Shown: positions 40,369 through 49,618 of the stretch, piece after piece
Layout: each line of letters starts with the position of its first letter
How positions within the stretch are numbered: the stretch's first letter is position 1
NCBI GenBank assembly: GCA_016871615.1
Contig: VHCX01000010.1
Location: 1,875 to 65,874 of the forward strand
Reading direction: 5' to 3'
Source: Verrucomicrobiota bacterium
Lineage (GTDB): Bacteria > Verrucomicrobiota > Verrucomicrobiia > Limisphaerales > UBA9464
Length of the DNA stretch: 64,000 nt
Notes under the pieces: model-generated
What the model was told of the DNA's origin: nothing
What the model saw: only the letters and a program-made list of their open reading frames with translations
Databases searched by the model: none
Position numbers and translations under genes: made by a program

Positions 40369-41658
40369 TCAGGCGGCGATGGCGGCGGCAGTCCCCACCG
40401 CAGGCTTGGGGGCGCCGTAAGGCAACTCATCGGGGATCGCAGTGTAGCGCGAGAAGGCCTCAAACATCGCGGAGAAGTCCTTGTTCACGTCACCCGAGAG
40501 GCAGTCGGTCAGGGCATCCGCGAGGTCCGGTCGGCCCTCGGTGACCGTCTTGAAGCTCACGTTCGGATCGTAGAAGGCATACACCAGCTTGCGCATGTTC
40601 TCGATGCTCTGCCGGGTGATCCGGCCGTACTCGGTGAAGCGCGCTGGGGAGACGTCGCCGGCCTCCAGAGCCTCGTGGATCGCGTCGGCGGCCGCCACGC
40701 CAGTCTTGAGCGCGATCATGAGCCCGCTGGAGAACACCGGGTCGAGGAACCCGACAGCGTCTCCCACGAGCACCAGCCCGGTGTCGGCGCAGTGCTCGGA
40801 GCGGAAGGTGTATTCGGCCGTGAGCCAGTACTGGTCGCAGACCCGACCCGTGGACAGGTGGTCCTGGATCCACTGGTTCTGCCCGATCTCGCGCTGGAAG
40901 ATGGCCTCGGGATCCTTGAGCCCTCCGCGGGTGAGGTATTTGCCGTCGGCGACCACGCCCACGCTGATCCGGTTGTTGTGCTGGGGGATGTACCAGAACC
41001 AGCCCTTGTCGGGCACGAAGGCCACCGTCGTGCCGCCCTCGTCGATGCCCGGGTCCCGCTTGGCGCCCTCGTAGTAGGTCCAGACGGCCACCTTGTTGAG
41101 CTTGGGGTCGCCGCGCCGCCAGGCGTTGCGGGTGGCGGCGATGGCCTCGCGCCCCGTGGCATCCACGGTCACCGACGCCCGTACCTCCATCTCGCCGTGC
41201 TCGCGGGAGTCCACCCGGACCCCGCGGTACGCGCCGGAGTCGTCCTGGATCAACTCGGTGACCTTGGACTCCTCCCAGACCTCGACACCGTGGTCACGGG
41301 CGTTCTCGAGCATCATCTGGTCGAACTCGCTGCGAAGCACCTGCCACGACTGGGCGACGGTGTCCCGGTCGTAGCGATTGAAGAAGTAGAATGGCTGGGA
41401 AGCCCGACCCGACGGGGCCACGAACTGCACCGAGTACTTCTTCATGAAGCACGACTGGCGGAGTTTCGGGATCATGCCGATCCGCTCCAGCGCCGGGTAG
41501 GTGAAGGGGATCATCGACTCCCCGATGTGGTAGCGGGGGAACCTCTCCCGCTCGATGACCAACACCCTGCGCCCGTGCTGGGCCAGGGCCGTCGCGGTGG
41601 CACATCCGGCCGGGCCGGCACCGATGACCACCACCTCGAAATCCTTCAGGGTTTTCAT
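40369..41658 (-). CDS. FAD-dependent oxidoreductase of the flavin-dependent halogenase family (tryptophan-halogenase-like)
   Basis: Internal ATG at 41658 of ORF 40369..43143. 429 aa. GAGPAGC (GxGxxG), GESMIP, candidate Lys in FMKKYSVQF, GWFWYIP (WxWxIP) and FLDPVFSSG (FxDPxFSxG). Confidence 0.7.
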   Translation of the reverse strand: MKTLKDFEVVVIGAGPAGCATATALAQHGRRVLVIERERFPRYHIGESMIPFTYPALERIGMIPKLRQSCFMKKYSVQFVAPSGRASQPFYFFNRYDRDTVAQSWQVLRSEFDQMMLENARDHGVEVWEESKVTELIQDDSGAYRGVRVDSREHGEMEVRASVTVDATGREAIAATRNAWRRGDPKLNKVAVWTYYEGAKRDPGIDEGGTTVAFVPDKGWFWYIPQHNNRISVGVVADGKYLTRGGLKDPEAIFQREIGQNQWIQDHLSTGRVCDQYWLTAEYTFRSEHCADTGLVLVGDAVGFLDPVFSSGLMIALKTGVAAADAIHEALEAGDVSPARFTEYGRITRQSIENMRKLVYAFYDPNVSFKTVTEGRPDLADALTDCLSGDVNKDFSAMFEAFSRYTAIPDELPYGAPKPAVGTAAAIAA

Positions 41659-41753
41659 ACGTAGGCGTACTAAACGGTGCCCCATCTCTACCCCATCGGC
41701 GGCGACTTGCAAGTGGCGGGTTGGCGGAGTCGGCAACGTCCCCGGAAACGAAG

Positions 41754-41777
41754 GCGCCGCCGTGCAAACGGCGGCGC
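41754..41777 (-). terminator. Possible terminator hairpin downstream of the FKBP gene
   Basis: GCGCCGCCG / CGGCGGCGC 9-bp stem with a 6-nt loop, 43 nt past the stop at 41820. The trailing U-tract on the minus strand is weak (CTTCGTTTCC). Confidence 0.3.
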
Positions 41778-41819
41778 AGGCGGGGACCCCGGGAGTTGGT
41801 CTGGACCGGGATCCGGATT

Positions 41820-42752
41820 TCAGGGCTTCGGGGCCTCGTTCCTCTTCTTCTGCTCGGCGGCCTCCTTCTGGAGACGCTCGGCGTCCGACGACTTGATGAC
41901 CTCGATCTGGGCTCCCTTCTTGAGCTCCTCGGCGCTGGGCACCTTGATGATGTCGCTGGTGGCGGCGCCTTCGGGCAGGGGCGGGGCAACCTGCGGCTTC
42001 ACCGACAGCAGCTCGACCTCGAAGACGAGGGTCGAGTGCGGGGGGATTTTCGGAGGGGAACCGTTCGGGCCGTAGGCCAGCTCGGAGGGGATGACCAACT
42101 GGTACTTGGACCCCACCTGCATGAGCTGGAGACCCTCGGTCCATCCCTTGATCACGCGGTTGAGACCGAAGCTGGCCGGCTGTCCACGCGTGATGGAGCT
42201 GTCGAACTCGGTGCCGTCGATGAGCGTCCCGCGGTAGTGGACCTCGACGATGTCGTCGCCCTTGGGCTGGGCGCCCCGGCCGGTCGTGAGCACCTTGTAC
42301 TGAAGGCCGCTCGGCGTCGACTGGACGCCCGCCTTGGCCTTGTTGGAAGCCAGGAACAGCTCGCCGTCGACCTTGGCCTTCTCGCCGTCCTCCTTGCGCT
42401 TCTCCTCGGCCTTCTTGCGCAGCTGGGTGGTGTAGTTGCGCAGGATGATGTTGGCCTCGCCGTCGGTGATCAGGGTCGGCTTGCCCCGGAGCGCCTCGGA
42501 GAAGGCCTTGATGATCACCTCGGGATCGTGCTCGTAGTTGCCCCGTGACAACTGGCGCTTGATGTCCCCGACGAGCAGCACGCCCATGGCGTAGCTGTGC
42601 TTCTCGAGTTCGGTCTTGAACTTGCCCTCGCCGGGATCGGCGGCGGCGGAGCCGGGCCCGGAGGCGGTGGACGAGGCGGTGGCGGCGGTGTTCTGGCCCA
42701 GGGCCGAACCCACGAGGACACCGGACAGAAGGACGATCGATAGTGTTTTCAT
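41820..42752 (-). CDS. FKBP-type peptidyl-prolyl cis-trans isomerase (FkpA/Mip-like), secreted
   Basis: Internal ATG at 42752 (MKTLSIVLLSGVLVGSALGQ). N-terminal dimerisation-like helix region, then an FKBP core with YRGTLIDGTEFDSS, VIKGWTEGLQLM and IPPHSTLVFEVELL. Confidence 0.9.
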   Translation of the reverse strand: MKTLSIVLLSGVLVGSALGQNTAATASSTASGPGSAAADPGEGKFKTELEKHSYAMGVLLVGDIKRQLSRGNYEHDPEVIIKAFSEALRGKPTLITDGEANIILRNYTTQLRKKAEEKRKEDGEKAKVDGELFLASNKAKAGVQSTPSGLQYKVLTTGRGAQPKGDDIVEVHYRGTLIDGTEFDSSITRGQPASFGLNRVIKGWTEGLQLMQVGSKYQLVIPSELAYGPNGSPPKIPPHSTLVFEVELLSVKPQVAPPLPEGAATSDIIKVPSAEELKKGAQIEVIKSSDAERLQKEAAEQKKRNEAPKP

Positions 42753-43042
42753 GTCTGCCTGCGAACTCCGACCCGGGCGCAACGGCGTGTTCCGGGACGG
42801 ACGATTGGGGGTCTTGGTACCAGCCCGCCGTGCGGAAGTCGAGCCCAAGCAGGGCAGCGCGCATCCAACGGCATGCGTGCAGACCTGGGAGCCTGAGCGC
42901 GGCCCACCACACCCCGCCAAGACCGCCGGATGCGTCCGCGCTGCGGTCCAGCCTTCCAGGTGGCCTTCCGGGTGGCCGACCCCGACCGGAAGAGCCCGCG
43001 CCGGATTGCCTTGGCCGGCGGGTCAGGCGAGGTTCCCGGCCG

Positions 43043-46000
43043 ATGTCGATGAACCTCCGCAGGTCGATCCGGGGCGAGGGGGCCCGCACGACGGCGCGGG
43101 GCGCCCTCGCCGGATTCCTCCTCGGTCTCCAGTGGCTAGGCAATCCGGGCGCCGGGGTGGCCGCCCCGATCGAGGTGACGTCCTCCCGGGACCTTACCTT
43201 CCGCGGCGGCCGGACCTACCTCGTCGCCGGACCGGTCCGGCTCGAGGGCTCGGTGCGCTTTGAACCGGGCTGCGTGATCAAGTTCCTGCCAGGCCGCTCG
43301 GCGGGCCTCGCCCTCGCGCCCGGGGCAAAGGTGGCCTGGGAGGCGCGCCCCGAGGCGCCGATCGTCTTCACGGCCTCGGACGACGACTCTGTGGGAGAAG
43401 CGGTGGCCGGATCGACCGGCACGCCGTCGGCCGGCCCCTACGCCGAGGTCGCCCTGTCGGTGGAGGGGACGGGCCCCGGTGCACCGGTGCAGCGCTGGAG
43501 CGATTTCCGCATCTCCCATGCCCGGGTGGCCCTCCGATGGACCCGGGCATCGGCCGCGCTGTGGCATTTCCAGGTCCAGCGCTGCGGCGTCGCAATCGAG
43601 GCCACGGACAGCACCCTGTCGCTGCGCAACGGCCTGATCCACCGCGTCGATGCGGCCTTCAGCGACCTGACGGGCAGCCCGGTCGACGGCCAGCAACTCA
43701 CGGTGGCCCGAGCCGCGGTGCTGCACCGGCGTCCCTCCGGATCGCCCCTGACCCTGCTGCGATGCATCATCGGCGAGGTCGCCGATCCGTCGGGGTTCAT
43801 CCATCCGGCACCCGAGGGCCAGCCCAACGCCGTCCTCCCGGCATCCGTCACCAACGCCTTCGTCGAGGCGGCCGGGTCGCTCTACCTGCCCCTGGGCAGC
43901 CGTCGTGTGCGCCCCGGCTTCGGCCATGCCCTGATGGATCCGGAACTGGCGGCCGCCCTGCCGGACATGACGGTGCTGCCCCCGGAACCCCTCCCGCCGT
44001 GGGTGGATCGCCCCCTGTATCTGTCCCCGAGGCCGATCCGAGACCGGGCGCTCGCCGAGGCCGGGGGGCTCAACCCGGTCAAGCTTGGCTTCCACCACTG
44101 GCCGATCGACCACTGGGCCGAAGGGGTCACCGTGAGCAACGCCCCGGTCACCGTCGCGCCCGGCACGGTGGTCCGCGAGGCCCCGGGCCGCGGTTTCCGG
44201 TGGATCGGCACGGCGACGCTGCGCCGCGAAACGGAACCGACGGAGACATCGGCCCTCCCGAAGTCCCGCCCCGTCCCGGGCCGGGGAGACCGCGACCGGG
44301 ACGGCCGCACGGACCTCGACGAGGCCGTCGACGGGACCGATCCGGACGATCCCTCCAGCGTGTGGCCGCGCACCCTGGCGGTGTTGGGCTTCGATGCCGG
44401 GAACTTCGCCACGGACGAGGGGGTCCCGCCGCTGCCTGGGTCGAACGCGGATCGCGAACCGTCCTTCGACCGTTCGGCGGGGGGGTTCCACCGGGTCGGC
44501 CAGGCGCTGCGCTACCCGCTGGTCTCCCGACAGGGAGGGCTCAGCCGGACCAACCTGCTTCCCCGGCACGGCTCGGTGAGCCTCGACTACTGGCCGGACT
44601 GGTTCGGGGGACGACCGGGCGATGCCCCGGGAGCCGAGTGCGTGCTGCTCGAGGCCCCGGGCCTGCGGTTGGCCATCGACGCGGCCGGCCGGCGCCTCGG
44701 CCTCACCCGGATCTCCGCGACCCACGAGCAGACCGTGTGGTCGCCACTGAGCCGACCGGCCTCGCAGGACCCGCAGGCGACCGGTCGCGCCCCGTGGCGA
44801 CTGCAGGCCTCCTTCGGGGAGGAGACCTTCGACGGGGTCGCCCGGCAATCCCACACCCGCACGCCCCAGGCGGCGGGGGATCCGCCGGCCTTCTCGGTGG
44901 GCAATTCCATGGACGGACAGTCCCCGGCGCTTGGGCGGATCGACCGCATGATCCTGCGCAATCACCTCCTCCCCGGCACCCCGGGGCACCCGGGACCGCT
45001 GCCGGGAACCCCCCGGACCTCCCACCGCCCGCTGGAGGGCGACCCGGAGGAGCGGATCTGGGCCGAATCGCTGGCCACCGGCGTCCGGCTGAGATTCCGG
45101 CGCGACTGGGAAGGGGACTGGACGTCGGGCGTCGGTCGGTACCCCATCGAACGACGGCAGGTCGAACCCACGCCGACCGTCTGGGAGGTCATCACCCGGG
45201 ACGCCCGCACCTCGGTGTACGACGACACGGGCGCGTCCCCGGGCCGGACCTACGCCTACCGCGTCCTTCGCAACGGCCGGCCGCCCCTGGAGGTTTGCGC
45301 GGCGCACGATACCCCGCCCCCCGCCGACCGGGGACGGGTGCTCCTGCTCGTCGACGAAACCCTCGCCGACCGCCTGACCCCGGCCCTGGCCCGTCATCGT
45401 GCCGACCTGATCGCCGACGGCTGGGAGGTCGTGCAGCACCGGGTGCCCCGCCATGTGGACGCCGACCTGCAGGATTTCGATTGCCGCCGCTACGACGCCG
45501 AGGCGCTCCCGCGCAACCGGACCCACCTGCTGGCCATCCGGGCCCTGATCCGCCGCGAGCACGAGGCCCATCCCGGCCGACCCCTCGTGGCCGTGCTCAT
45601 CGGGCACCCCACCATCCCGCAGAGCGGCTGGGCCGCCGAAGATGGCCACGTGGGCTGCGACGACCCTGCGGGCATCCACCTTGGGGCCTGGCCTGCCGAC
45701 CTCTTCTACGGCGACCTCACCGGAGCCTGGACCGACACCCGGTCGTTCCGCACCGGATGTCCGGATTGCGCCCGCAGCCAGTGCACCTATTGCATCCTCG
45801 GCAACGAGCCCGGGGATGGGCGCTGGGATCCCAACGACCTGCCGCGTGAACCCGACGGGAGCCCAGGGCGCATCGAGGTGCCCATCGGCCGCATCGACTT
45901 CGCCCGGCTGTCCCATTTCGACAGCCGGTTCGCCGGCCTCAAGGGATCCCCGAGGAACGCCGCCGACGTGGAGGTCGCCCTGCTGGAGCGCTACCTCGAC

Positions 46001-46858
46001 AAGGCCTGGCGGTATCGCCGCGGCCTGCTGCCGTTCCTCGACTCGGCCATCGGCTACGCCAACGCCGTGGCGCCGCTCGTCGACCGGAACCTGCTGCACA
46101 TCCTGCCCCGGCTGGCCCCGCACGAGCCCGTGTCGGCGACGACGTGGACTTCCGACCTCTTCCACGACGGACCCCGGGTGCGGTGGGGATTCCAGGCCGA
46201 CTATTCGCATTTCGGGGTGCTGGGCATGACCGGCGCAGCCAAGGCCGGGCACAGCCACTTCGCGAAGAACGTGGCATGGCGGCGCCCCGGCGACGTGCCC
46301 CGCGTGGCCTTCCTCTTCGCCTTCGGCTCGTTCCTGGGACAGTGGTACAGCGGCTACGGCGAGGATTTCCTGCGCATCTGTCTGGCGGCCGAGGACGCCG
46401 TCCTGCTGGCGGGCACCGCCCACTCGCGCACCCCGTGGGCCACCGACCGGGTCCATGCCGGGGCGCCGGTCCACACCCTGCTCACCGACACGGCCGAGCG
46501 CAGTCCGTCGGTGAATGTGCGATTGACCTACCTGCTGGGGGACCCCTGCCTGCTCGAGCACCCGTTGACCGCGCCGACTGGCTTCACCGCCCGGTCCATG
46601 GGGCCGGCGGTCGAGGGAGCGGTCGAACTGTCCTGGACCGCCTCGTCCGAGGCCGACCTGGGCTACCGCATCGACGAGGCTCCATCGGCCGATGCCGCCA
46701 CCTGGACGGTGGTGCGCGACCTGCCGGCCGGCACGAACCGCCTGCGTCTCGGGGCCGATGCCCGCGGCAAGACCTTCCGCCTCCGGGGCCTAGGCTCGGT
46801 CACCAACGGGTCCGGTCGGCACCGACAATGGACGGCAGCCTCGTGGGCCACGCCATGA
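43043..46858 (+). CDS. Large secreted hypothetical protein (beta-helix-like N-terminus, thrombospondin-type-3-like Ca-binding motif, FN3-like modules, C25/gingipain-like-layout region)
   Basis: Internal ATG at 43043 of ORF 42743..46858; 1271 aa. DRDRDGRTDLDEAVDGTDPDDPSS motif. Two FN3-like stretches (YAYRVLRNG; VELSWTASSEADLGYRI). A region from RVLLLVDETLADRL through LIGHPTIPQSGW, DLFYGDLTG and PIGRIDF resembles the peptidase C25 layout by eye. Confidence 0.7.
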   Translation: MSMNLRRSIRGEGARTTARGALAGFLLGLQWLGNPGAGVAAPIEVTSSRDLTFRGGRTYLVAGPVRLEGSVRFEPGCVIKFLPGRSAGLALAPGAKVAWEARPEAPIVFTASDDDSVGEAVAGSTGTPSAGPYAEVALSVEGTGPGAPVQRWSDFRISHARVALRWTRASAALWHFQVQRCGVAIEATDSTLSLRNGLIHRVDAAFSDLTGSPVDGQQLTVARAAVLHRRPSGSPLTLLRCIIGEVADPSGFIHPAPEGQPNAVLPASVTNAFVEAAGSLYLPLGSRRVRPGFGHALMDPELAAALPDMTVLPPEPLPPWVDRPLYLSPRPIRDRALAEAGGLNPVKLGFHHWPIDHWAEGVTVSNAPVTVAPGTVVREAPGRGFRWIGTATLRRETEPTETSALPKSRPVPGRGDRDRDGRTDLDEAVDGTDPDDPSSVWPRTLAVLGFDAGNFATDEGVPPLPGSNADREPSFDRSAGGFHRVGQALRYPLVSRQGGLSRTNLLPRHGSVSLDYWPDWFGGRPGDAPGAECVLLEAPGLRLAIDAAGRRLGLTRISATHEQTVWSPLSRPASQDPQATGRAPWRLQASFGEETFDGVARQSHTRTPQAAGDPPAFSVGNSMDGQSPALGRIDRMILRNHLLPGTPGHPGPLPGTPRTSHRPLEGDPEERIWAESLATGVRLRFRRDWEGDWTSGVGRYPIERRQVEPTPTVWEVITRDARTSVYDDTGASPGRTYAYRVLRNGRPPLEVCAAHDTPPPADRGRVLLLVDETLADRLTPALARHRADLIADGWEVVQHRVPRHVDADLQDFDCRRYDAEALPRNRTHLLAIRALIRREHEAHPGRPLVAVLIGHPTIPQSGWAAEDGHVGCDDPAGIHLGAWPADLFYGDLTGAWTDTRSFRTGCPDCARSQCTYCILGNEPGDGRWDPNDLPREPDGSPGRIEVPIGRIDFARLSHFDSRFAGLKGSPRNAADVEVALLERYLDKAWRYRRGLLPFLDSAIGYANAVAPLVDRNLLHILPRLAPHEPVSATTWTSDLFHDGPRVRWGFQADYSHFGVLGMTGAAKAGHSHFAKNVAWRRPGDVPRVAFLFAFGSFLGQWYSGYGEDFLRICLAAEDAVLLAGTAHSRTPWATDRVHAGAPVHTLLTDTAERSPSVNVRLTYLLGDPCLLEHPLTAPTGFTARSMGPAVEGAVELSWTASSEADLGYRIDEAPSADAATWTVVRDLPAGTNRLRLGADARGKTFRLRGLGSVTNGSGRHRQWTAASWATP

Positions 46859-46997
46859 AGCCGCCTCGTGGGGCCACGGCCCGCACCGGGACCCGGGGCG
46901 AGGGTCCGGCAGGTTTCAGGCTGGAAGGATTGGCCTTGAACCTGCTATTTACGTGCAGCTTCCATGGGATACCGGTTTTCCCCGCCTCGATCTTGCC

Positions 46998-49568
46998 ATG
47001 AAAACGTTTCACCTCGGATGGGTTCTCTGGTTGGCCTTGGGTCTCGGATCCACCCTCCGGGCCGAGAGCCCGGACATCCTGTCGCTGACTTGGTCGGAGG
47101 GGCGACCCTCGCTGGAGTTCCGGTTGCTGCCGTCGATCTCCGAGTACCGGGTCCGCAGCGGTTCCACCCCGTCGGCGACCGGACCCGGTGCAACCGTGGT
47201 GCCCGGCGACCAGGCGGGCAACCGATGGACCGCCGGGGCCGCCGCGGGCGGAGACTCCGGCTTCTACCGGATGGAGGCCGTGCCGTTGCCCTCGGAGACC
47301 GTCCGGTCGGGCGCCCTGCTCCACCGGATCGCCTATGGCCCGACCCCGGACGACCTCGACCGACTGGCCGCCCTGGGCACCGACGCCTACCTGGAGGAGC
47401 AACTGGCTCCGGAGACGATCTCCGAGGAGCTCGACCGGGTCCCGGACACCGGTCCGGTGTGGCGCAAGGTCACCCTCACCGGCACCGGATCCTCCTCCAC
47501 GCTCTACGTCTACCTCAGCGGCGCGGGCGACGCCTACCTGGATGATTTCCGCCTCGTGGCCGGCCCGACCGACAACGGCGTCGCCACCAACCTCATCGCC
47601 AACCCGGGCTTCGAGCAGCCGTTGGCCCCCGCGAACTGGACAACCACCACCAACACCGCCAACTCGGCCAGGACGACCGACTTCGTCCGTTCCGGCAACG
47701 CCTCCTACCACCTCGTGCAGGTGGCCGCCGGAAGCACCGGCACCGACGCGCTGGTGCAGACCCTGCCCACGACGCTCAACGCCAACGCCACCTACACGCT
47801 GAGCTTCTGGTACCTGGTGCAACCCTCGCGGCTGCAGCTCACCGTGCGGCTCAGCGGCAGCGGCATCTCGCTCACCGTGCCGCTCCAGGGCGACGCGGAG
47901 TCGCCGGCCCCCTACCACGCCCGGCTGCAGGAGGGCACGGCGGGCATCGGCGACCTGCGGGCCTGGCACGTGCTGCATGCCGTGCAGTCCAGACGCCAGT
48001 TGGCGCAGGTGTTCCAGCAGTTCCTCGAGAACCACTTCGTCACCGAATACTCCAAGAGCCTCACCTACTTCGACGAGCGGGCCGGCCTGCCCTACGCCTG
48101 GTCCGGGCCCGAGGCGACCCGGCAGGAGTTCAAGGAGAACCTGCGGTGGCGGCGGGCGTTCCTCGACCCGAAGTGCACCTTCCACGACCTGCTCCGGATC
48201 AGCGCCGAGAGCCCGGCCATGATCATCTACCTCGACACGGTGCTCTCGAGGGGCGACGTCAGCACCACCACCAAGACCAACCGGATCGCCAACGAGAACT
48301 ACGCCCGCGAGCTGTGCGAACTCTTCGCCTTCGGCGTGGACAACGGCTACGATCAGGTGGACATTGAGCAGATCTCGCGCGCCTGGACCGGATGGACCGT
48401 CGAGCTCTTGGCCACCAACCAGGCCGCCAACCCCTTCGCGCCGCGCACGACGGTGCTCATCAACCCGGGCCTGACCAACGCCACCGAGCGCAACAGCGTC
48501 ACCAACCTGGCGGGCCTCTGGTCCTTCCGGTACCGCACCGACCGGCATGACTCGCGGGTGAAGTGGATCTTCCACGAGCACGACGCCCAGGGAAACATCC
48601 TGACCAACACGCCCAAGACGGTCCCCGCGCGCTTCGGCCCCCCGTGGGCCGGCCGTCCCTACGGCCTCCGGCTCAACAACGGATCGACCACCAACGGCAT
48701 CCAGGACGGCTACCAGATCCTCCGCCACATGGCCGACCAGCCCTTCACCCAGGAATACCTGGCGGTGAAGCTCTGCCGCCTGCTGGTCCACGACGACTTC
48801 CACCATGGCTACGACTTCACCGATGCCGAGTCGACGCCCGAGGAGGCGCTGGTCAAGGCCTGCATGCTGGCCTGGGAGAACCCGCCGAACGGCGGCCCCA
48901 AGGGGCAGATGCGCGAGGTGCTCCGGGTGATTCTGCGGAGCGACCTGTTCCGGGAGGCGCGGACGGCCTCCGCCAAGGTCAAGACACCGCTGGAGTTCGC
49001 CGTGTCGGCGATGCGCGCCTTCCGGGCGGCCAAGCCGGACGGCTCGCGGACATCAGTCACCGACGCGCCGGTGCTGGTCGCCTCGGGCGGTCTCCTGGAC
49101 CGCGCCGGCCGCATGCGGCTCTTCGACCGCGCCGACCCCGACGGCTACGCCGAGGACGCCGGCGGCTGGATCAGCGCGGGCACCCTGTCGGAACGGCTCC
49201 GCTTCGTGCAGTCCCTGGCCCTCGCCGGCTCGGGCCTCACCACCGGCACCGGGGTGCGCAGCAATCCCGACGCGATGGGAGCCAACCGGATCGACCCGGC
49301 CGGCCTCGTGGCGCTGCGGCTTGGAACCGACCGTAGCCGATCGGCCGAGGCGGTGACGGACCTGCTGCTGCGCCTGCTCTTCCCGTCGGAGGGCGCAGGC
49401 AACCTCGGCGGGTATCGGGCCTTGGGCATCCGGTTCCTCAACACGGCGGACAATGGCAGCACAGCCTCGGCCTTCGCCACCCTCACCCCGGGCACCCGCG
49501 ACCACGATGCCCGCATCCGGGGCCTGGCCGCCCTCCTGTTGAGCACGCCGCGCTTCCAGGAACAATGA
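46998..49568 (+). CDS. DUF1800 family protein, enlarged by an N-terminal FN3-like module and a CBM4/9-like insertion
   Basis: Internal ATG at 46998 (MKTFHLGWVLWLALGLGSTLRAES). DUF1800 hallmarks LLHRIAYGPTPDDL, FLENHF, NENYARELCELFAFG and PFTQEYLAVKLCRLLV. The inserted segment NPGFEQPLAPANW...YTLSFWY is CBM-like. Confidence 0.8.
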   Translation: MKTFHLGWVLWLALGLGSTLRAESPDILSLTWSEGRPSLEFRLLPSISEYRVRSGSTPSATGPGATVVPGDQAGNRWTAGAAAGGDSGFYRMEAVPLPSETVRSGALLHRIAYGPTPDDLDRLAALGTDAYLEEQLAPETISEELDRVPDTGPVWRKVTLTGTGSSSTLYVYLSGAGDAYLDDFRLVAGPTDNGVATNLIANPGFEQPLAPANWTTTTNTANSARTTDFVRSGNASYHLVQVAAGSTGTDALVQTLPTTLNANATYTLSFWYLVQPSRLQLTVRLSGSGISLTVPLQGDAESPAPYHARLQEGTAGIGDLRAWHVLHAVQSRRQLAQVFQQFLENHFVTEYSKSLTYFDERAGLPYAWSGPEATRQEFKENLRWRRAFLDPKCTFHDLLRISAESPAMIIYLDTVLSRGDVSTTTKTNRIANENYARELCELFAFGVDNGYDQVDIEQISRAWTGWTVELLATNQAANPFAPRTTVLINPGLTNATERNSVTNLAGLWSFRYRTDRHDSRVKWIFHEHDAQGNILTNTPKTVPARFGPPWAGRPYGLRLNNGSTTNGIQDGYQILRHMADQPFTQEYLAVKLCRLLVHDDFHHGYDFTDAESTPEEALVKACMLAWENPPNGGPKGQMREVLRVILRSDLFREARTASAKVKTPLEFAVSAMRAFRAAKPDGSRTSVTDAPVLVASGGLLDRAGRMRLFDRADPDGYAEDAGGWISAGTLSERLRFVQSLALAGSGLTTGTGVRSNPDAMGANRIDPAGLVALRLGTDRSRSAEAVTDLLLRLLFPSEGAGNLGGYRALGIRFLNTADNGSTASAFATLTPGTRDHDARIRGLAALLLSTPRFQEQ

Positions 49569-49618
49569 CCCGCCGTCCGGCAACCGCCCCTCCCCCGACA
49601 CCGACCCGTCCTCCGACC

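Noticed and set aside
43136-46561. 1141-aa minus-strand ORF
   Set aside because: It is an antisense shadow of the 1271-aa secreted-protein gene. The plus-strand frame has a signal-like N-terminus, a Ca-binding motif and FN3-like modules.
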